A stretch of DNA of 64,000 nt from Callorhinchus milii (taxonomy: Eukaryota), in contig NW_024704742.1 of NCBI RefSeq assembly GCF_018977255.1, forward strand, positions 118,670,001 to 118,734,000, in the 5' to 3' direction. A program made the translations under genes and the position numbers. Below the pieces are notes generated by a model that was given only the letters and a program-made list of their open reading frames with translations, searched no databases and had not been told where the DNA came from. This document shows, one piece after another, positions 61,801-64,000 of the stretch. How positions within the stretch are numbered: the stretch's first letter is position 1; each line of letters starts with the position of its first letter.

Positions 61801-62796
61801 TTCTCTTTCACCATTAGCACAAGAACATTAATAGTTTTCCGCTGTAAGATGTGGAAGATGGGTTCGTACTGGTTCATGCATCAATGCAGCTACTCAGTTA
61901 ATAAATGAAAGTATCCAGTCAGGTTTTGAGCCCTGAAGAGCCAGTTCAGAACTACCCCAAAAAACCATCAATAAGTTTTCTAAAGTTGAATATGACCTGG
62001 TTTTCTATATAATATATCAGTATTGGGCCATTACATTACATAATCACAAATCAATAGCACATAGCTGATTACCATATTATACTTGGTACGTGAAAATCGC
62101 TGAGCAATTCATTTGACATTTACTTGTGTTGACTACATTGGGGAGAGTTCATTTTGAGTTCTCCCAACATGCTTTCACCTTGCACTTTCTCCCCTTGTCT
62201 TCAAAACCCTCTAATAATAAATCATGTATTTAACCACACATTTGGTCACTGTTTTCAAACTCCTGTCCTTCCCACTCTGCACGGTGATCCCCATCGCCTT
62301 TGTGAAGCGCTTGGATGTGTTCACCAACGTGAAGATATAAGGGCAATTTCTGCAGCAAAAACTTTTGCAAAGTAACTTGACCAGTTCTATTCACTTGAAA
62401 AGTAATTGTTCTAATTTGCTGGCGGCTCATACAATGCACTAATACAGTCTGGTAAGTGGTGTAGCAATTACACGCACAAATACATTTTGGCCAAACGTAT
62501 ATAATTGAGCGTTGCCCTTTCCTGCAGCTGCCTTAGTTAGCTTTTCTAAAGTTAAATTTGAGTGCCAACAATAGTGAGCCAACAAATGTACGTCAAATTC
62601 AATAACGTAATAAGTCTGGTAATTGGAGAAACTAGGTTGTTAATTTCAACAATAACGCACTGTCCAGGTGAGGGAGGGGGACATGGTCAATTTGATTGAC
62701 ATCTGTTCAACCAAAAGTATATCCACTGGTTCTAGGACCCAGAGGACAGTGGACTTCTGGAGCTGAAAGGAAGTTCTCTCTCTTTTGGCAATGGTA

Positions 62797-62823
62797 TTTC
62801 TATTTAAAGACTGTCCTGAGTCA
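62797..62823 (+). promoter_or_regulatory. MEF2/TATA-like site CTATTTAAAG plus AP-1 site TGAGTCA upstream of the putative CMYA5 ATG
   Basis: CTATTTAAAG at 62800-62809, TGAGTCA at 62817-62823, E-boxes at 62525, 62700 and 62880. A second CTATTTAAAG lies at 63223. Confidence 0.55.
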
Positions 62824-62914
62824 GGAAACCTGGGGCACACAGTAATGACACGGGCTTCGCGAGCCTCTCGGTTAAACTGCAACTGTTATTGTTGAGGAAA
62901 AACGGGAGCAAAAC

Positions 62915-63045
62915 ATGGAAAACTTCGAGGCTTGTATTTCTGAGGAATCCGACAAAATCGACCCCGAGATTTCCTTCATCCTGGAGGAGGAAACGTGTGA
63001 AGGTGGAGTGATGGAAACCCAGGAGGAAGAGGAACTTGCAGAGAG
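62915..63045 (+). CDS. CMYA5: Probable first coding exon of cardiomyopathy-associated protein 5 (myospryn): MENFEACISEESDKIDPEISFILEEETCEGGVMETQEEEELAE(R/S)
   Basis: Strong Kozak aaacATGG, 43 acidic codons, then a phase-2 donor AG|GTAGTG. In mammals CMYA5 lies directly downstream of TENT2 on the same strand and starts with a short acidic exon. MEF2-like sites flank it. The identity rests on synteny and composition, not on an alignment. Confidence 0.65.
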
Positions 63046-63459
63046 GTAGTGGATTTAATCAGAAACCGTCAGTAATTTGACAAACTGTTCCTAATTTGAT
63101 TTAATGCAGTGACCTGCACCGCCAAATCCGTTGGAAAATGTAGTGCATTTAAAGCTCTGCACTGATTTGATTTTGCTGCTCTGGTTTGCAACTTGGCAGT
63201 GTGGTTCTGTTTGCACTATTTTCTATTTAAAGTGACTACGACATCAGATACGGGCGCATCCACTGACCCTCCTGTTTGCTCCCTGCTCCATGTAGCTCAT
63301 ACCAAAATAATGTTGCATCGTAAGTGCAGTTGTCCACTGGTATTTTGCTGGTGCAGAATGCAGAGTTGAGTGCAGCTCCCTGTTGCCTATACAGTTGTCA
63401 AGTTTTGCGAGATAACTAAGTTTGCAAAGGACAATCCCCCCCCCCCCCCCCCCGTAAAG

Positions 63460-64000
63460 TTCTATCCTTCTACACCGCCTCCCCTCTTAGCTCAACCTTC
63501 ATGGACCCGTCTTTACCTGGTTCAAATCCTACCTCTCCCAATGTCTCTATTTTGTCGCCACTAACGGCTTCTCTTCCAGCCCCCACATCATCACGTGTGG
63601 AGTCCCTCAGGGCTCTGTCCTTGGCCCTCTCCTCTTCAATATCTATATGCTGCCCCTTGGTGACATCCTCCGCTGACATGGGGTCAACTACCACACACAT
63701 GCGGATGACACCCAACTCTACCTCTTTGCCTCCACCCTCAATTCCACGACCACTGCTGTCCTCGCAGACTGCCTGTCGGACATCAAGTCCTGGATGAGGG
63801 CTAACCTCCTGCAGTTGAATACCAACAAGACCATGACCCTCCTGCTTGGCTCCTGTAAGCACTTCCATAGCTCGGGCGCTGACAGCATCTCCCTCCATGG
63901 ATGCACTCTACATCTCACAGAGCCAATATGGAACCTCGGCGTCCTGTTCGACCTTCCACTGTCTTTCATACCCCACATCCATGCCATTACCTGCTGCACC
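63460..64000 (+). mobile_element. L2-like LINE RT fragment running off the window
   Basis: [43 protein letters not shown]. Confidence 0.9.

Overview
Eukaryotic vertebrate genomic DNA, most likely a cartilaginous fish. This is inferred from the Deu-domain tRNA-SINEs, L2/CR1 LINEs and Penelope-type repeats, which resemble chimaera/shark repeats. It is not prokaryotic, and nearly all entries in the ORF track are repeat debris or chance ORFs. The main feature is a complete, intact TENT2 (PAPD4/GLD-2 cytoplasmic poly(A) polymerase) gene on the + strand, assembled by hand. It has a CpG-island/ETS promoter and non-coding exon 1 at ~20.6-21.1 kb, then 14 GT-AG coding exons from ATG 27144 to TGA 56711 (1383 nt, 460 aa), then a U-rich 3'UTR with CPE-like elements. 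About 6 kb past the stop lies a probable first coding exon of CMYA5 (myospryn), flanked by two identical MEF2-like sites, matching the vertebrate HOMER1-TENT2-CMYA5 gene order. The first 20 kb is repeat-rich intergenic DNA. Notable extras are a head-to-tail pair of non-autonomous Helitrons, a Penelope-like remnant with inverted termini and a hammerhead core, hAT and Tigger MITEs, a near-perfect 66-bp hairpin just before the last TENT2 exon, a triple NAG acceptor inside a bipartite NLS, and an unclassified 3-copy repeat. I found no convincing novel protein-coding system. Repeat boundaries are approximate (read by eye).
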